NCBI GenBank assembly: GCA_039932055.1
Contig: JBDTQT010000001.1
Coordinates: 2,418 to 66,417 of the forward strand
DNA length: 64,000 nt
Direction: 5' to 3'
Source of the DNA: Thermoanaerobaculia bacterium
GTDB lineage: Bacteria; Acidobacteriota; Thermoanaerobaculia; Multivoradales; JAGPDF01
The notes below the pieces were generated by a model. It worked only from the letters and a program-made list of their open reading frames with translations, had not been told where the DNA came from and made no database searches. Each line of letters starts with the position of its first letter. The first letter of the stretch is position 1. The translations under genes were made by a program, and so were the position numbers. Below are positions 29,816 through 40,369 of the stretch, in pieces.

Positions 29816-30017
29816 GGGAGGCGATTCTGGGGCCGGAGGTGGACCGCGTAAAGGACCAGAAATACGCTTGTATATGGATCCAGTACCGGTGCCCGGTGCA
29901 ACGGTTCTGGTTCCAGTCAAGCGAAAGAATCTGGTACTTGCTGGATACCACGCGGCGGTGCAAGCATGCCCTGCATCAGACCGTACCCACGCCCTCCGCG
30001 GCAAGAAGGAGCTCGAG

Positions 30018-32378
30018 ATGAGACTCGCTGCAGCTCTCACCCTGATCGTTGCAACCACCACGATAGCGAGCGCCCAGGGCTCGCCGGCCCCGGACGCCTG
30101 CGTCTACGACGCATCGGCGCCGCGCGCCCAGGTCTCCGGCAAGATTCTCGATCCTTCCGGAGCGCCGCTCGTCGGCGCGAGCCTGACGCTGCGCTGTGGC
30201 AGCTTCCGCCAGGACGTACGCACCATTGGCGACGGTACCTACAGCATTTCGGCGCCCGCCGGCGGCTACATCCTCGAGGCCGCAGCCCCGGGCTTCGAGC
30301 CCACCGCGGCGCCGGTGCAGTTGGGTGCCGCGGCGGCGGCGCAGCTCGACCTCACGCTCGAGATCGGCACCTTCGGCAGCATCATCACGGTCTCGGAGCC
30401 GGGCGGTTTCGTCGCTTCGTCCTCGACCTCCGCCACCAAGTCCGACGCGCCGCTGATCGAGATTCCGCAGTCGGTGTCGGTCATCACGCTCGACCAGATG
30501 ACGGCGCGCAACGTCCAGTCGGTCGCCTCGGCGATCAGCTATACGGCCAGCGTCGACGTCAACACTTTCGGCACGGAAACGCGATTCGACTGGATCAACA
30601 TCCGCGGCTTCGACCAGTCGACCTACGGCCTCTATCGCGACAACTCGCGCTGGCAGAGCGGTCAGGTCTCCGGCCAGATCGACCCGTACATGCTGCAGGA
30701 GATCGATGTCGTCAAGGGGCCGAGCTCGGTGCTCTACGGGCAGAATCAGCCTGGCGGCCTGGTCAACCTGGTGACCAAGCGCCCGCCCTCGCAGCAGCTG
30801 CGCGAGGTCGTGGTCAACTACGGCAGCTACGACCGCATGCAGGCGCAGGCCGACTTCGGCGGGCCGATCGGCGACGACGGCAAGCTCAAGTACCGGCTCA
30901 CCGGTCTCGTCCGGCAGAGCGACACGCAGGTCGACTACGTTCCCGACGACCGCTGGTTCGTCGCCCCGGCCCTCACCTGGACGCCGTCCGACAAGACGAC
31001 CTGGACCCTTCTCGGCGACTTCCAGCACGACAAGACCGGCTGGAGCCAGTTCCTGCCTTCGCAGGGCACGCTCACTGCGAACCCGCACGGCGACATCGAC
31101 CGCAGCCTCTTCGTCGGCGAGCCCAACTACGACTACTTCGATCGCGACCAATGGTCGGCTGGCAGCCTCTTCGAGTACCGGATCAACGACAAGTGGGCGC
31201 TGCGCAACACGCTGCGCTACTCGAGCATCGAGTTCGACGGCAAGACCGTCTTCGGTGGCGGGCTGCAGAACGACCTGCGGTCGCTCAACCGCTTCGGCTT
31301 CGGCAACACCTTCGACCTCAAGATCTTCACCATGGACACCAACGCTTATGCCCGTTTCGACACTGGCAGCGTGGAGCATTCGCTGCTGTTCGGCGTCGAC
31401 TACTCGACCTCCGAGTCGAAGATCGTCAGCGGTTTCTCCTTCGCCGCACCGCTCGATGTCTTCCATCCGGTCTACGGCTCGGCCGTTCCGGATCTCTTCA
31501 TCTACGGCAACGTCAACCAGCCGATCGACCAACTCGGCCTTTATGCCCAGGATCAGATGAAGTTTGCCGAGCGCTGGATCGCGACGGTCGCTTTGCGTGA
31601 GGATTCGACCGACATCTCCACCGAGAATCAGCTCTCACACTCGCAGGTCGACCAGAGCGACAATGCCCTGACGGGCCGGGTCGCGCTGACCTATCTCTCC
31701 GATAGTGGTCTGGCGCCGTACGTCAGTTATTCGACCTCGTTCCTGCCAGTCGCCGGCGTCGACTTCTACAACCGGCCGTTCGATCCGACCGAGGGCGAGC
31801 AGATCGAAGGCGGCCTGAAATTCCAGCCCAAGGGCTCGAACAGCTTCCTGACCGCGTCTGTCTTCCAGATCACCCAGACCAACGTCAGCGTCCCCGATCC
31901 GGTCAACCCGTTCAGCAGTGTTCAGCAGGGCGAGATCCGGTCGCAGGGCATCGAGCTCGAGGCGATCGGCAGCCTGGCGACGAGCTTCAACTACTATGCC
32001 TCCTACTCCTACCTCGACCAGGAGGTCACCGCGACGACCGATCCGGCGACCCTGGGCAAGCGGCCGCCGCTCGCGCCGGACCAGCTGTTCTCGGCCGGCG
32101 GCGAGTACATGTTCACCCAGGGTGGCGCCACCGGCCTGGGGCTTGGCGCCGGCGTTCGCTACGTCGGCTCGCGCGCCGGCGACGGCGCCAACACCATCGA
32201 GGTAGGGTCGTACACTCTGTTCGACGCCTCCGTGCGCTACCTCTGGCGGAACATGGAGTTCCTGGTGAGCGCCACGAACCTCACCGACAAGACCTATGTC
32301 GGGGTCTGCCAGTCGGTGAACTATTGCAACTACGGCATCGGCCGCGAGGCGATCGCCACCGTGCGATTCCACTTCTGA
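30018..32378 (+). CDS. TonB-dependent siderophore receptor (FhuA/FhuE-like) with N-terminal CarbopepD_reg-like domain
   Basis: AAGGAG SD 8 nt upstream. Signal peptide MRLAAALTLIVATTTIASAQG. Plug and beta-barrel motifs. C-terminal ...VRFHF with terminal F. Confidence 0.85.
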   Translation: MRLAAALTLIVATTTIASAQGSPAPDACVYDASAPRAQVSGKILDPSGAPLVGASLTLRCGSFRQDVRTIGDGTYSISAPAGGYILEAAAPGFEPTAAPVQLGAAAAAQLDLTLEIGTFGSIITVSEPGGFVASSSTSATKSDAPLIEIPQSVSVITLDQMTARNVQSVASAISYTASVDVNTFGTETRFDWINIRGFDQSTYGLYRDNSRWQSGQVSGQIDPYMLQEIDVVKGPSSVLYGQNQPGGLVNLVTKRPPSQQLREVVVNYGSYDRMQAQADFGGPIGDDGKLKYRLTGLVRQSDTQVDYVPDDRWFVAPALTWTPSDKTTWTLLGDFQHDKTGWSQFLPSQGTLTANPHGDIDRSLFVGEPNYDYFDRDQWSAGSLFEYRINDKWALRNTLRYSSIEFDGKTVFGGGLQNDLRSLNRFGFGNTFDLKIFTMDTNAYARFDTGSVEHSLLFGVDYSTSESKIVSGFSFAAPLDVFHPVYGSAVPDLFIYGNVNQPIDQLGLYAQDQMKFAERWIATVALREDSTDISTENQLSHSQVDQSDNALTGRVALTYLSDSGLAPYVSYSTSFLPVAGVDFYNRPFDPTEGEQIEGGLKFQPKGSNSFLTASVFQITQTNVSVPDPVNPFSSVQQGEIRSQGIELEAIGSLATSFNYYASYSYLDQEVTATTDPATLGKRPPLAPDQLFSAGGEYMFTQGGATGLGLGAGVRYVGSRAGDGANTIEVGSYTLFDASVRYLWRNMEFLVSATNLTDKTYVGVCQSVNYCNYGIGREAIATVRFHF

Positions 32379-32385
32379 GCGCCGG

Positions 32386-33390
32386 ATGAGCCCCCCGGGT
32401 GCCGGTACCGGTCCGCGTCCGCGGGGCGCGGACCTCGATCCGGACATTCGGCGCTTCGTCGCCGAGATGTCCGCGGGTTGGGCGCGTTATCCGGAGCTCG
32501 CCGGAGCCACGCCCGCCGAAGCCCGGCGGATCGCCGAGCAGGTGCGGGCTCCGTGGACCCGCGGCGGGCCGCGGATGGCGCGGGTCTTCGAGCGTGAGGT
32601 GCCGGTCGGCGACGGTACGGTCCGCGTGCGCTTCTACGACCCGCTGGGCGGCGTTCGCCAGCCGGCGCTGATCTACCTGCATGGCGGTGGCTGGACGCTC
32701 TTCAGCCTCGACACCCACGACCGCCTGATGCGCGAGTACGCGGCGCGCGCCGGAGTAACCGTCGTCGGCGTCGACTACGCACTCGCCCCGGAGGCGAAGT
32801 ACCCCGCGGCGCTCCTGCAGGTGTCGGCCGCAGTGAGGTTCCTCGCCGGCGCCGGCGCTGCGGCCGATCCCGAGCTGGCGATCGACCCGGAGCGGCTGGC
32901 GATCGGCGGCGACTCCGCCGGCGCCAACCTCGCGATCGCCGCCGCCCTCGACCTGCGCGACGGCGGCGCGCCGCGGGCAGTACGCGCGCTGCTGCTCAAC
33001 TATGGTGTCTTCGCGCGCACCTCCTCGCCCGAGGCCGCCCTCGGCCTCGGTGGCCCCGGCAATATGCTCACCGCCGAAGAGATGGAAGGTTTCTGGCGCA
33101 ACTACCTGCGCGACGAAGGTGACGCCCTCGACCCGCTCGCCTGCCCGGTTCTCGCCGATCTCCGCGGCTTGCCGCCGGTGCTGCTCGTCGCCGCCGAGGA
33201 GGACCTGCTCGCCGAGCAGAGCAGCGCGCTCTGCCAGCGCCTGGTCGCGGCCGGCGTCAGCACCCGGCTCGCTACTTATCGCGGTGCGTCGCATTCGTTC
33301 CTCGAGGCGGTCTCGATCGCGCCGCTGGCCGATCGCGCGCTCGGCGAATCCGCGCAGTGGCTGCGCGGAGCGCTGACCGCCAAAGCGTGA
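32386..33390 (+). CDS. Alpha/beta hydrolase fold-3 esterase (HSL family)
   Basis: HGGG oxyanion motif (LIYLHGGGWTL) and GDSAG nucleophile motif (IGGDSAGANLA). Located directly downstream of the siderophore receptor. Confidence 0.75.
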   Translation: MSPPGAGTGPRPRGADLDPDIRRFVAEMSAGWARYPELAGATPAEARRIAEQVRAPWTRGGPRMARVFEREVPVGDGTVRVRFYDPLGGVRQPALIYLHGGGWTLFSLDTHDRLMREYAARAGVTVVGVDYALAPEAKYPAALLQVSAAVRFLAGAGAAADPELAIDPERLAIGGDSAGANLAIAAALDLRDGGAPRAVRALLLNYGVFARTSSPEAALGLGGPGNMLTAEEMEGFWRNYLRDEGDALDPLACPVLADLRGLPPVLLVAAEEDLLAEQSSALCQRLVAAGVSTRLATYRGASHSFLEAVSIAPLADRALGESAQWLRGALTAKA

Positions 33391-34481
33391 AGCTGCGTCC
33401 CGGTATCGTGCTCGCCCATCGCTGGGCGAGCCTGCTGGCCGCGCTCTTCTGGCTGCTGCAGACGGCGACAGGCACCTTCGCCGTCTTCCACTGGGAGATC
33501 GACGACGCGATGGTGGCGGGAGCCTCCCGCCCGCTCGATCTCGCGGCAATCGAGCACCGCGCCGCCGAGCTTGCGGCGCCGGGGTCGGGCCGGCACGTCG
33601 ACTCGATCTGGTCGACGGCGGGCGTGCCGAACCGGTTCGACATCTTCCTCGAGGCGACACCTCCCGACCGCGGGCGGGTCGTTCGGGTCGACGGCGCCGG
33701 CACGGTTCTGCGCACCCGGTCCGATGGCGAGCGGATCGCCGCCGGCGGGCTCGTGGACTCCGTGGTCCTGCTGCATCAGACGCTGCTCGCCGGCGATGCC
33801 GGAAAGTGGATCGTCGGTGCGAGCGGGCTGCTGCTGCTCGGCAACCTCGCGTTTGGGGCAGTCCTCGCCTGGCCGCGGCCCGGTCAGTGGGGCCGTGCGC
33901 TGCGTCCTGCAGGGGCGCAGGCCGGCCCGGCGCGGCTCTACGCCTGGCACCGCGCGTTGGGCCTCTGGGCGATGTTGCCCGCAGCCTGCCTGGTGGCGGC
34001 CGGCGTGCTCCTCGCCTTCGAAACCACCACGGAGCGTCTGGTCGCTGCCTCGCCGGTCGACCCGCCGGCGTTCGCGACGCCGGCCGGTAGTGCTCCGGTC
34101 ATCGGCATGGCCGAAGCGGTGCAGATCGCCCTCGCCCGGTTTCCGGGAGCGGCGCTTTCCGGCATCGGCTTCCCCTCGACGGCTTCCAGCTTGTGGTCGG
34201 TCCGGCTCAGACAGGCGGACGAGCTCCGGCGCGCCTATGGCAAGACGCGCGTCTACGTCAGCGCGGTCGATGGCCGAGTGGTCGCCGAATTCGACGCGCT
34301 CGCTTCAACCGCGGGCCGGCGGCTGATGGACTCGCTCTTCTCGTTCCATACTGGCGAGATGGCGGGCCTTCCGGGACGTATCGCCGTGGCCGGCATCGGC
34401 ATCTGGCTCGTCACCATGACGGTGCTCGGCCTGCGTCTCTGGTCGGCGCGGCGACGTCTGCGACGCGGGCGCTCGCACTAG
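33387..34481 (+). CDS. PepSY-associated TM helix domain protein (PiuB-like)
   Basis: KLRPGIVLAHRWASLLAALFWLLQTATG is a typical PepSY_TM start. Probable GTG start overlapping the esterase stop (GTGA); the ORF track gives an ATG at 33357. Confidence 0.7.
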   Translation: MKLRPGIVLAHRWASLLAALFWLLQTATGTFAVFHWEIDDAMVAGASRPLDLAAIEHRAAELAAPGSGRHVDSIWSTAGVPNRFDIFLEATPPDRGRVVRVDGAGTVLRTRSDGERIAAGGLVDSVVLLHQTLLAGDAGKWIVGASGLLLLGNLAFGAVLAWPRPGQWGRALRPAGAQAGPARLYAWHRALGLWAMLPAACLVAAGVLLAFETTTERLVAASPVDPPAFATPAGSAPVIGMAEAVQIALARFPGAALSGIGFPSTASSLWSVRLRQADELRRAYGKTRVYVSAVDGRVVAEFDALASTAGRRLMDSLFSFHTGEMAGLPGRIAVAGIGIWLVTMTVLGLRLWSARRRLRRGRSH

Positions 34482-34506
34482 CGCGTCGCGGGCCTGAAAA
34501 CGAACC

Positions 34507-34534
34507 AGCCCGCTCGAGTCTCCCCGAGCGGGCT
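34507..34534. terminator. Hairpin between convergent PepSY and BON genes (AGCCCGCTCG-7nt-CGAGCGGGCT)
   Basis: Perfect 10-bp stem. A GTTTT follows on the minus strand only, so a weak intrinsic terminator for the BON gene; possibly bidirectional. Confidence 0.4.
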
Positions 34535-34562
34535 CTATGTCCTGCAATCTCCGACTCGAGCT

Positions 34563-35117
34563 TTACTTGCGGTCGAGGGAGATGACCTTGACGACGCCGT
34601 CCACCGACTTGACGACTTTGGCCGCTTCGGTGCGCCGCGCGTTGTTGATCGCCTTGTCGAACTCGAGGGTCACGACGCCGTTGGCGGCTGCGGTGGTGAT
34701 ATTGAAGCCGTCCATTCCCATCTTCCCGATCAGGGCGAGGCGGACCTTGGTCGCCAGCATCGAGTCCTTGACTTCGGCCTCGGTCTCGCCGGCGGCAACC
34801 GCGGTGGAGCTCGGATTGTCCACGTTTGCCTGCACGTGCAGGTCGTTCTTGACGCTCTTCACGCCCGCCACCGAATTGGCGACCGACTGCGCCAGCTCGA
34901 GGGTCTCGCGCTTGACGACGGTCCCCTTGAGGGTGACGTCGCCGGCGTTGGTGTCGACATCCATATGAAGACTGTCGGTGCCCAGCTTCTCGAGCAGCGC
35001 GAGCTTGACGTTCAGGGTGACGGTCCAGTCTGCCTGGGTGTCTGCGGCCTGCGCCGCGCTGCCACCGACCAACATCGCGCCGATGAGGGCGATTTTCGCA
35101 ACGGTCTTGAGATTCAT
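34563..35117 (-). CDS. BON domain protein (OsmY-like, two BON domains), periplasmic
   Basis: AAGGAG SD. Signal peptide MNLKTVAKIALIGAMLVGGSAAQA. Two repeats containing V.V.NG.V.L.G motifs. Confidence 0.8.
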   Translation of the reverse strand: MNLKTVAKIALIGAMLVGGSAAQAADTQADWTVTLNVKLALLEKLGTDSLHMDVDTNAGDVTLKGTVVKRETLELAQSVANSVAGVKSVKNDLHVQANVDNPSSTAVAAGETEAEVKDSMLATKVRLALIGKMGMDGFNITTAAANGVVTLEFDKAINNARRTEAAKVVKSVDGVVKVISLDRK

Positions 35118-35348
35118 TTTCTTCTCCTTGTTCAGGTCCAGGGTGGACGGGGCTCGGCGGAACCGTTTCCGCCCTGTCGCCTCCGGTGCCAACCGCATCG
35201 AACGGCTCGGACAAGGACAACTTAGCCGGTCGCGGAAGCGGCGGAAAGCGCAATTACTACCCGACCAGGCGTCCGCACCTAGGTATTTACCACCGCGCCC
35301 CCGGCGCGGGCGCTGATGAGCGGCTGCGTCGAGGGCGACCGGTACTCG

Positions 35349-35681
35349 TCAGCTGGGCGAGTCGGAGGCGCCCTTGTTCGCGGGCGGCGCTGCAGCAGAA
35401 AGTGGGTGAGAAGTCCGGGCCAGGCGCAGGCGCGCTGTCCGGAGCTCCCGCAGGCGGCGGAGCCGCGCGCCGAGCATCTGGCCGCCGAAGAAGGCGGCGA
35501 CAAAGAGCGGAAGCGTCGTCCAGCGGAAGCCGAGGCCGGAGGCGAAGCGCAGCCCGACCGCCAGCGGCACCGGTGCGTGGACGGCCACGAACCAGGACGG
35601 GCTGAACTTGCGCACGCCGGCGCGCCAGAACCCGAACGGGATGTTGACGAGCGCGACCAGCGTGGCGACGATCCAGAGCAT
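35349..35681 (-). CDS. Hypothetical small membrane protein
   Basis: MLWIVATLVALVNIPFGFWRAGVRKF...WTTLPLFVAAFFGGQM is hydrophobic. Start is uncertain: a longer ORF to 36023 would overlap pepP. Confidence 0.3.
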   Translation of the reverse strand: MLWIVATLVALVNIPFGFWRAGVRKFSPSWFVAVHAPVPLAVGLRFASGLGFRWTTLPLFVAAFFGGQMLGARLRRLRELRTARLRLARTSHPLSAAAPPANKGASDSPS

Positions 35682-35847
35682 CGAGAGTGTGGCGCCGGAA
35701 GCCGAACCAGAGCCTCCCGCCGCCGTTCCAAACCTAACACGACGAGCGCTCACCCCTGAGAAGGGCGATGAGCACTTCGGCGTCGACCGGCTCCGCGAGA
35801 TCGCCGTTGAAGCCCGGGTCGCGCCGGGCTTGATAGATTGCACAGCC

Positions 35848-37272
35848 ATGCGAATCGACATGCTGGCGAGAGCGAGCGCCACCTTCCTTCTGACGGTGCT
35901 GGCCATGACGACTCCGAGCCTCGCGGCAGCGCCGGCTCCGCTACCGACATCGGCGTTTTTCGCCGCGCATCGCGCGAATTTCGCCGCCGGGCTGCCGGCG
36001 GGCGCCATCGCTGTCGTGCGCACGGCACCCGAAACGTCGGTCGAGACTTCGCCGGATCCGTACCGGCAGAGCTCCGACTTCTGGTACCTGACCGGTTTCG
36101 CCGAGCCGAACGCGGTGGCGGTCTTCCGGCCCGGGGCCGCGGCGGGCGAGCGCTACATCCTCTTCGTCGCGCCGCGCGATCCGGAGAAGGAGACCTGGAC
36201 CGGCTACCGCGCCGGCGTCGAGGGCGCGAAGCAGGAGTTCGGCGCCGAAGCCGCCTACGTCGTCGACGACTTCGACAAGAAGTTCCCGGAGCTCGCCCTC
36301 GGGGCGCCGGCGCTGTTCTATCTCGACGGCGGCGACGAGCCGTTCCGCGACCGTCTGCTCACCGCCTGGAACCGGCCGAATGCGAACGCCACCGCGCCGC
36401 GGCCGGCGGCCGAGGCCGGCCCGATCGTTCACGAGTTGCGGCTGATCAAGGACGCGACCGAGATCGCGCTGATGCGGCGCGCCGCCGAGCTCTCCGCCGA
36501 GGCCCACATCGCCGCCCTCGCCGAGGTGCGGCCGGGGGGTAACGAGTCCGACATCAAGGCGGCGATGGTCGCGACCTGCCTGCACGGCGGCGCCGGCCGG
36601 ATGGCGTATCCGCCGATCGTCGGTTCCGGCAGGAACTCGGTGATCCTGCACTACGAGCCCGCCGACAAGCGCCTGGACGACGGCGGCATGATCGTCAACG
36701 ACACCGCCTGCGAGTACGGCATGTACGCCGCCGACGTGACGCGGAGCTACCCGGTCTCCGGGAAGTTCACCGCCGACCAGCGCGCGATCTACGAGATCGT
36801 CCTGGCGGCGCAAAAGGCGGCGATCGCGGCGGTGAAGCCCGGCATCCCTTACCGCACGATGAACGAGATCACCATCGGCGTCGTGGTCGACGGGCTGCTC
36901 GAGCTCGGCCTGCTTGCCGGCAACCGCGACGAGCTCATCGAAAAGAGCGCGCAGCGCAAGTTCTATCCCCACGGCGCGGGGCACTGGATCGGGCTGAACG
37001 TTCACGACCCCGGCAGTTACGGCTTTCCCCCCGGCATTCCCTGGCAGGAGCGCTACCGCAACGCCAACACTCTCCTGCGGCCGGGAATGGTCTTCACCGT
37101 CGAGCCGGGCATCTACATTCCGGAGGGCGCGACCGAGGACAAGCGCTGGTGGAACATCGGCGTGCGCATCGAGGACGAGATCCTGGTCACCGAGACCGGC
37201 GGCGTCTGCCTGTCGTGTGCCGCGCCGCGCGAGATCGCCGAGATCGAGAAGGCGATCGCCCGCAGGCACTGA
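35848..37272 (+). CDS. pepP: Xaa-Pro aminopeptidase (M24B, PepP-like), secreted
   Basis: Signal peptide. AMP_N region (SDFWYLTGFAEPNAVAVFRP). M24 metal ligands in HGAGHWIGLNVHD and the E..FTVEPG motif. Confidence 0.85.
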   Translation: MRIDMLARASATFLLTVLAMTTPSLAAAPAPLPTSAFFAAHRANFAAGLPAGAIAVVRTAPETSVETSPDPYRQSSDFWYLTGFAEPNAVAVFRPGAAAGERYILFVAPRDPEKETWTGYRAGVEGAKQEFGAEAAYVVDDFDKKFPELALGAPALFYLDGGDEPFRDRLLTAWNRPNANATAPRPAAEAGPIVHELRLIKDATEIALMRRAAELSAEAHIAALAEVRPGGNESDIKAAMVATCLHGGAGRMAYPPIVGSGRNSVILHYEPADKRLDDGGMIVNDTACEYGMYAADVTRSYPVSGKFTADQRAIYEIVLAAQKAAIAAVKPGIPYRTMNEITIGVVVDGLLELGLLAGNRDELIEKSAQRKFYPHGAGHWIGLNVHDPGSYGFPPGIPWQERYRNANTLLRPGMVFTVEPGIYIPEGATEDKRWWNIGVRIEDEILVTETGGVCLSCAAPREIAEIEKAIARRH

Positions 37273-37354
37273 CGTCGGCCCGTCGCCTCAGCTGCCGATC
37301 CACGGCCTGTGGCTAGAATGTCGCCGCCATGTCGCAATGCGTTCGGGGTTTCTC

Positions 37355-39757
37355 ATGACGTCGTCTTCCGGCCCGCCTGGCTCCTCTCCGGAGCCGACCG
37401 ACATCGGCGAGTATCTGCGCCCGGGCTCGGACGCCGATGTGGAGCACGCTCACCCCGACCGCATCGGCCGCTACCGCATCCTCGAGGTCCTCGGGCAGGG
37501 CGGCATGGGAACGGTCTATCTCGGCGAGCAGTCCGAACCGATCCGCCGTCAGGTTGCGGTCAAGGTGATTCGCGCCTGGCGCCGTGACGCGCAGTTCACC
37601 CATCGTTTCGAGGCCGAACGCCAGGCGCTCGCCCGCATGAGCCATCCGTGTATCGCCCAGGTCTACGAGGCGGGGGATACCGAAGAGGGGCAGGCATTCT
37701 TCGCCATGGAGCACGTCCCTGGCGAACCGATTACCGACTACTGCGACCGCGAGCACCTGACGATCGAGCAACGACTGGACCTGTTCGTCGAGGTCTGCCG
37801 CGGCATCCACCACGCCCACCAGAAGGGCATCCTGCATCGCGATATCAAGCCGGCGAACATCCTGGTCGTCACGGACCAGGGTCGCGCGCTGCCCAAGATC
37901 ATCGACTTCGGAGTCGCCAAGGCGCTCGACGCCGGGACGAGCGGCGCACCGGAAACGGTCTTCGGCGTCGTCGTCGGAACGCCTTCCTACTTGAGTCCGG
38001 AAGCGATCGCCGCTTCCACCGCGGCGGACAGCGCCGACCCGGACACCCGGTCCGATGTCTACGCGCTGGGCGTGCTGCTCTTCGAGCTGTTGGTCGGCGA
38101 ACGCCCGTTCGGACGTTCGGGCGAGAGCGTGCTGCAGATCCTGCGGCAGGTGACCGAGGGCGAGGTGCCCTCGCCTGCCGCGCGCTGGCGCGTGCTGCCC
38201 GCCGACGAGGCAGGCGCGCGCGCCGCCTTGCGCGGCTCAAGCGCCGCGGTCGTCGCCCGCGGGCTGCGCGGCGACCTCTCCTGGATCACCCTCAAGGCGA
38301 CCGCCCGGCAGCGCGAGATGCGTTACGACTCGGCCGCCGAGTTGGCGAACGACATCGAGCGCCACCGTCGCTTCGAGCCGGTCCACGCCGGCCCGCCCGG
38401 ACGCCTCTATGTCCTCGCCAAGTTCGGGCGCCGGTATCGCGCCGCGGTGCTGGCGACCGGCGTGGTCATCATGGCGCTCGCCGCCGGTGTCGCGGCGCGC
38501 ACCCTGGAGGCGCGGCGCGCCAACCGCGAGGCGGCGGCAGCGCGCCAGGCGCAGGGCGAGACGGCGGAGGTCGTCGAGTTCCTGGTCGACCTGTTCGAGG
38601 TCAACGAGCCGGGTACCTCGCGCGGCGAGACGATCACCGCCCGCGAGCTCCTCGACCGCGGTGCCGAAAGGATCCGCGCCAGCCTGACCGAGCAGCCGCT
38701 GGCGCGCGCCCGCCTGCTCGACACCATCGGGCGCGTCTATCAGCAGCTCGAGCTGAACGAAGAGGGCGAGAAGCTGTTGCGAGATGCGCTCGCGATTCGC
38801 GAGGCGAATCTCGGTCCGGATCACCCCGAAGTCGGTGCCAGCCTCGATCACCTGGGCGACCTCCTGTGGATCCGGGGAAGCTACGCCGAAGCCGAAGCCG
38901 TTCTCCGCCGCGCCCTGAGCATCCGCGAGAAGGCGATCGAGTCGCAGCCTCTCGCGGTTTCCGATGTGCTCGACAACCTGGGCTCGGTGCTGGAGATCCA
39001 GGGCCGCTACGCCGAGGCCGAGCCGGTGATCGAGCGCGGCCTCGCGATCCGCGAGCGCGCGCTTGGTCCAGACGCGCTTCCGGTGGCCGCCAGTCTCGAC
39101 GACCTCGCGGTCTCCCACCTCGATCGCGGCGACGGTGCCACCGCCGAGCAGCTCCTCCGGCGCGTGCTCGCCATTCGCGAAGCAAACCTCGGCCCCGACC
39201 ATCTCCAGATAGCGACGACCGCCAACGGTCTCGGCATCGCGCTGTTCCAGTTGAAGCGCTACGAAGAGAGCTTGAGCGTCCACGGACGCGCGCTGGCGAT
39301 TCGCGAGAAGGTGCTCGGCCCCGGCAGCTCTTCGGTCGGGCAGTCGCTGATCAATCTCTCCAGTGTCTACGTCGAGCTCGGGCGCTTTGCCGAGGCCGAG
39401 GCCGCGGTGCTGCGCGCGACGGCGATCTGGGAGAAGAATCTGCGGCCGGACCATCCGCGGGTCGGCACCGCGCATCTGACCCTCGCCGACCTCTACCTGC
39501 GTCGCGGCGAGCCGGCGCGGGCCGAGCCGATCCTCAGGGAGACGGTGGGTTTCTTCGAGCGCACCCTGGGGCCGGATCACTTGCGGCTCGCGCACGCCTT
39601 GAAGTCGCTCGCCGACTGCCTCGGCGCTCTCGGACGGCGAACGGAGAGTCTGCCCTACTGTTCGCGCGCAGTCGCCATCCGCGAGAAGGCACTCGGTGTC
39701 AACGACCCTCTGACGGTCGCCACGCGAAGCTCCTGCCCGCCGCAGCTTCCCCGGTGA
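37355..39757 (+). CDS. Ser/Thr protein kinase with TM segment and C-terminal TPR repeats
   Basis: GQGGMGTVY glycine loop, [15 protein letters not shown] catalytic loop, DFG, and SPE motifs. A TM helix, then multiple TPR_12-like repeats (LGPDHP.VA..L..L). Confidence 0.85.
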   Translation: MTSSSGPPGSSPEPTDIGEYLRPGSDADVEHAHPDRIGRYRILEVLGQGGMGTVYLGEQSEPIRRQVAVKVIRAWRRDAQFTHRFEAERQALARMSHPCIAQVYEAGDTEEGQAFFAMEHVPGEPITDYCDREHLTIEQRLDLFVEVCRGIHHAHQKGILHRDIKPANILVVTDQGRALPKIIDFGVAKALDAGTSGAPETVFGVVVGTPSYLSPEAIAASTAADSADPDTRSDVYALGVLLFELLVGERPFGRSGESVLQILRQVTEGEVPSPAARWRVLPADEAGARAALRGSSAAVVARGLRGDLSWITLKATARQREMRYDSAAELANDIERHRRFEPVHAGPPGRLYVLAKFGRRYRAAVLATGVVIMALAAGVAARTLEARRANREAAAARQAQGETAEVVEFLVDLFEVNEPGTSRGETITARELLDRGAERIRASLTEQPLARARLLDTIGRVYQQLELNEEGEKLLRDALAIREANLGPDHPEVGASLDHLGDLLWIRGSYAEAEAVLRRALSIREKAIESQPLAVSDVLDNLGSVLEIQGRYAEAEPVIERGLAIRERALGPDALPVAASLDDLAVSHLDRGDGATAEQLLRRVLAIREANLGPDHLQIATTANGLGIALFQLKRYEESLSVHGRALAIREKVLGPGSSSVGQSLINLSSVYVELGRFAEAEAAVLRATAIWEKNLRPDHPRVGTAHLTLADLYLRRGEPARAEPILRETVGFFERTLGPDHLRLAHALKSLADCLGALGRRTESLPYCSRAVAIREKALGVNDPLTVATRSSCPPQLPR

Positions 39758-39905
39758 CTATCGCTCGGCGCCGATTCGTGCCATTGTGGGGCTGGAGAAG
39801 GGCTTCGTGGCTGCGCTCGAGTCGCGCGCCGGAGCCTTTCCAAACTTCAACGCCACGCCGGGCCCAATTCGCGGTCCAGTGGGCGTAGACCCAAGGACAA
39901 CACCC

Positions 39906-40109
39906 ATGAAGGGCACAGTGAAGTGGTTCAACGCCGAGAAGGGTTTCGGATTCATCACGCGTGAAGATGGCGAGAAGGACTGTTTCGTCCACCATTCGGC
40001 GATCGCCGGCGAGGGCTACAAGAGCCTGAACGACGGCGAAGCGGTCGAGTTCGACATCGTCCAGGGCCCGAAGGGCCCGGCCTCGGCGAACGTCCGGCGC
40101 ATCTCGTAA
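39906..40109 (+). CDS. cspA: Cold-shock protein (CspA family)
   Basis: [20 protein letters not shown]1 motif and VFVHHSAI RNP2 motif. AAGGA SD. ~145-nt 5' leader, typical of csp mRNAs. Confidence 0.9.
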   Translation: MKGTVKWFNAEKGFGFITREDGEKDCFVHHSAIAGEGYKSLNDGEAVEFDIVQGPKGPASANVRRIS

Positions 40110-40123
40110 GCCGCTCCAATTCC

Positions 40124-40160
40124 GGGGGTGCGCGCCTTGGCGCGCGCCCCCTTCTTTCCC
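40124..40160 (+). terminator. Rho-independent terminator after csp
   Basis: GGGGGTGCGCGC-CTTG-GCGCGCGCCCCC (12-bp stem) followed by a CTTCTTTCC pyrimidine/T-rich tract. Confidence 0.55.
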
Positions 40161-40369
40161 TCCCGTCCTCTCCCGCCTGACCTAGCCTGACCCGTACCGC
40201 GTCTGTTCGCGGTCGTGCTTCGTCGCGCCGATTTCTACTCGTGCCGCGGCTCCATCCGGTGCGCTCGCGAGCGGATGACGGCGACCGATCCGGTCGACGT
40301 TGCAGCGCTTCTTGCCTCCATGACGCGCTGGCCGCGGGAGCTCGCGCCGGCGGTTGGTATCCTTCCGTC

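Noticed and set aside
27538-29901. 787-aa minus-strand ORF overlapping the permease in another frame, and the 264-aa N-terminal extension of the permease ORF
   Set aside because: S/R/P-rich low complexity. The APC permease signature begins only at MRDGQG..LGLWDS.
29816-30017. Fur box upstream of the TonB siderophore receptor
   Set aside because: No GATAATGATAATCATTATC-like 19-mer is present, only short CTGG/CCAG palindromes. Iron regulation, if any, is via another site or regulator.
29966-31600. 544-aa plus and 518-aa minus ORFs overlapping the siderophore receptor
   Set aside because: Arg/Gly-rich artefact frames. The receptor frame ends in the canonical terminal F and has a signal peptide.
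37648-39888. 746-aa plus-strand alternate frame over the kinase gene; 35941-37269 minus ORF antisense to pepP
   Set aside because: R-rich junk. Kinase catalytic motifs and M24 motifs are in the other frames.
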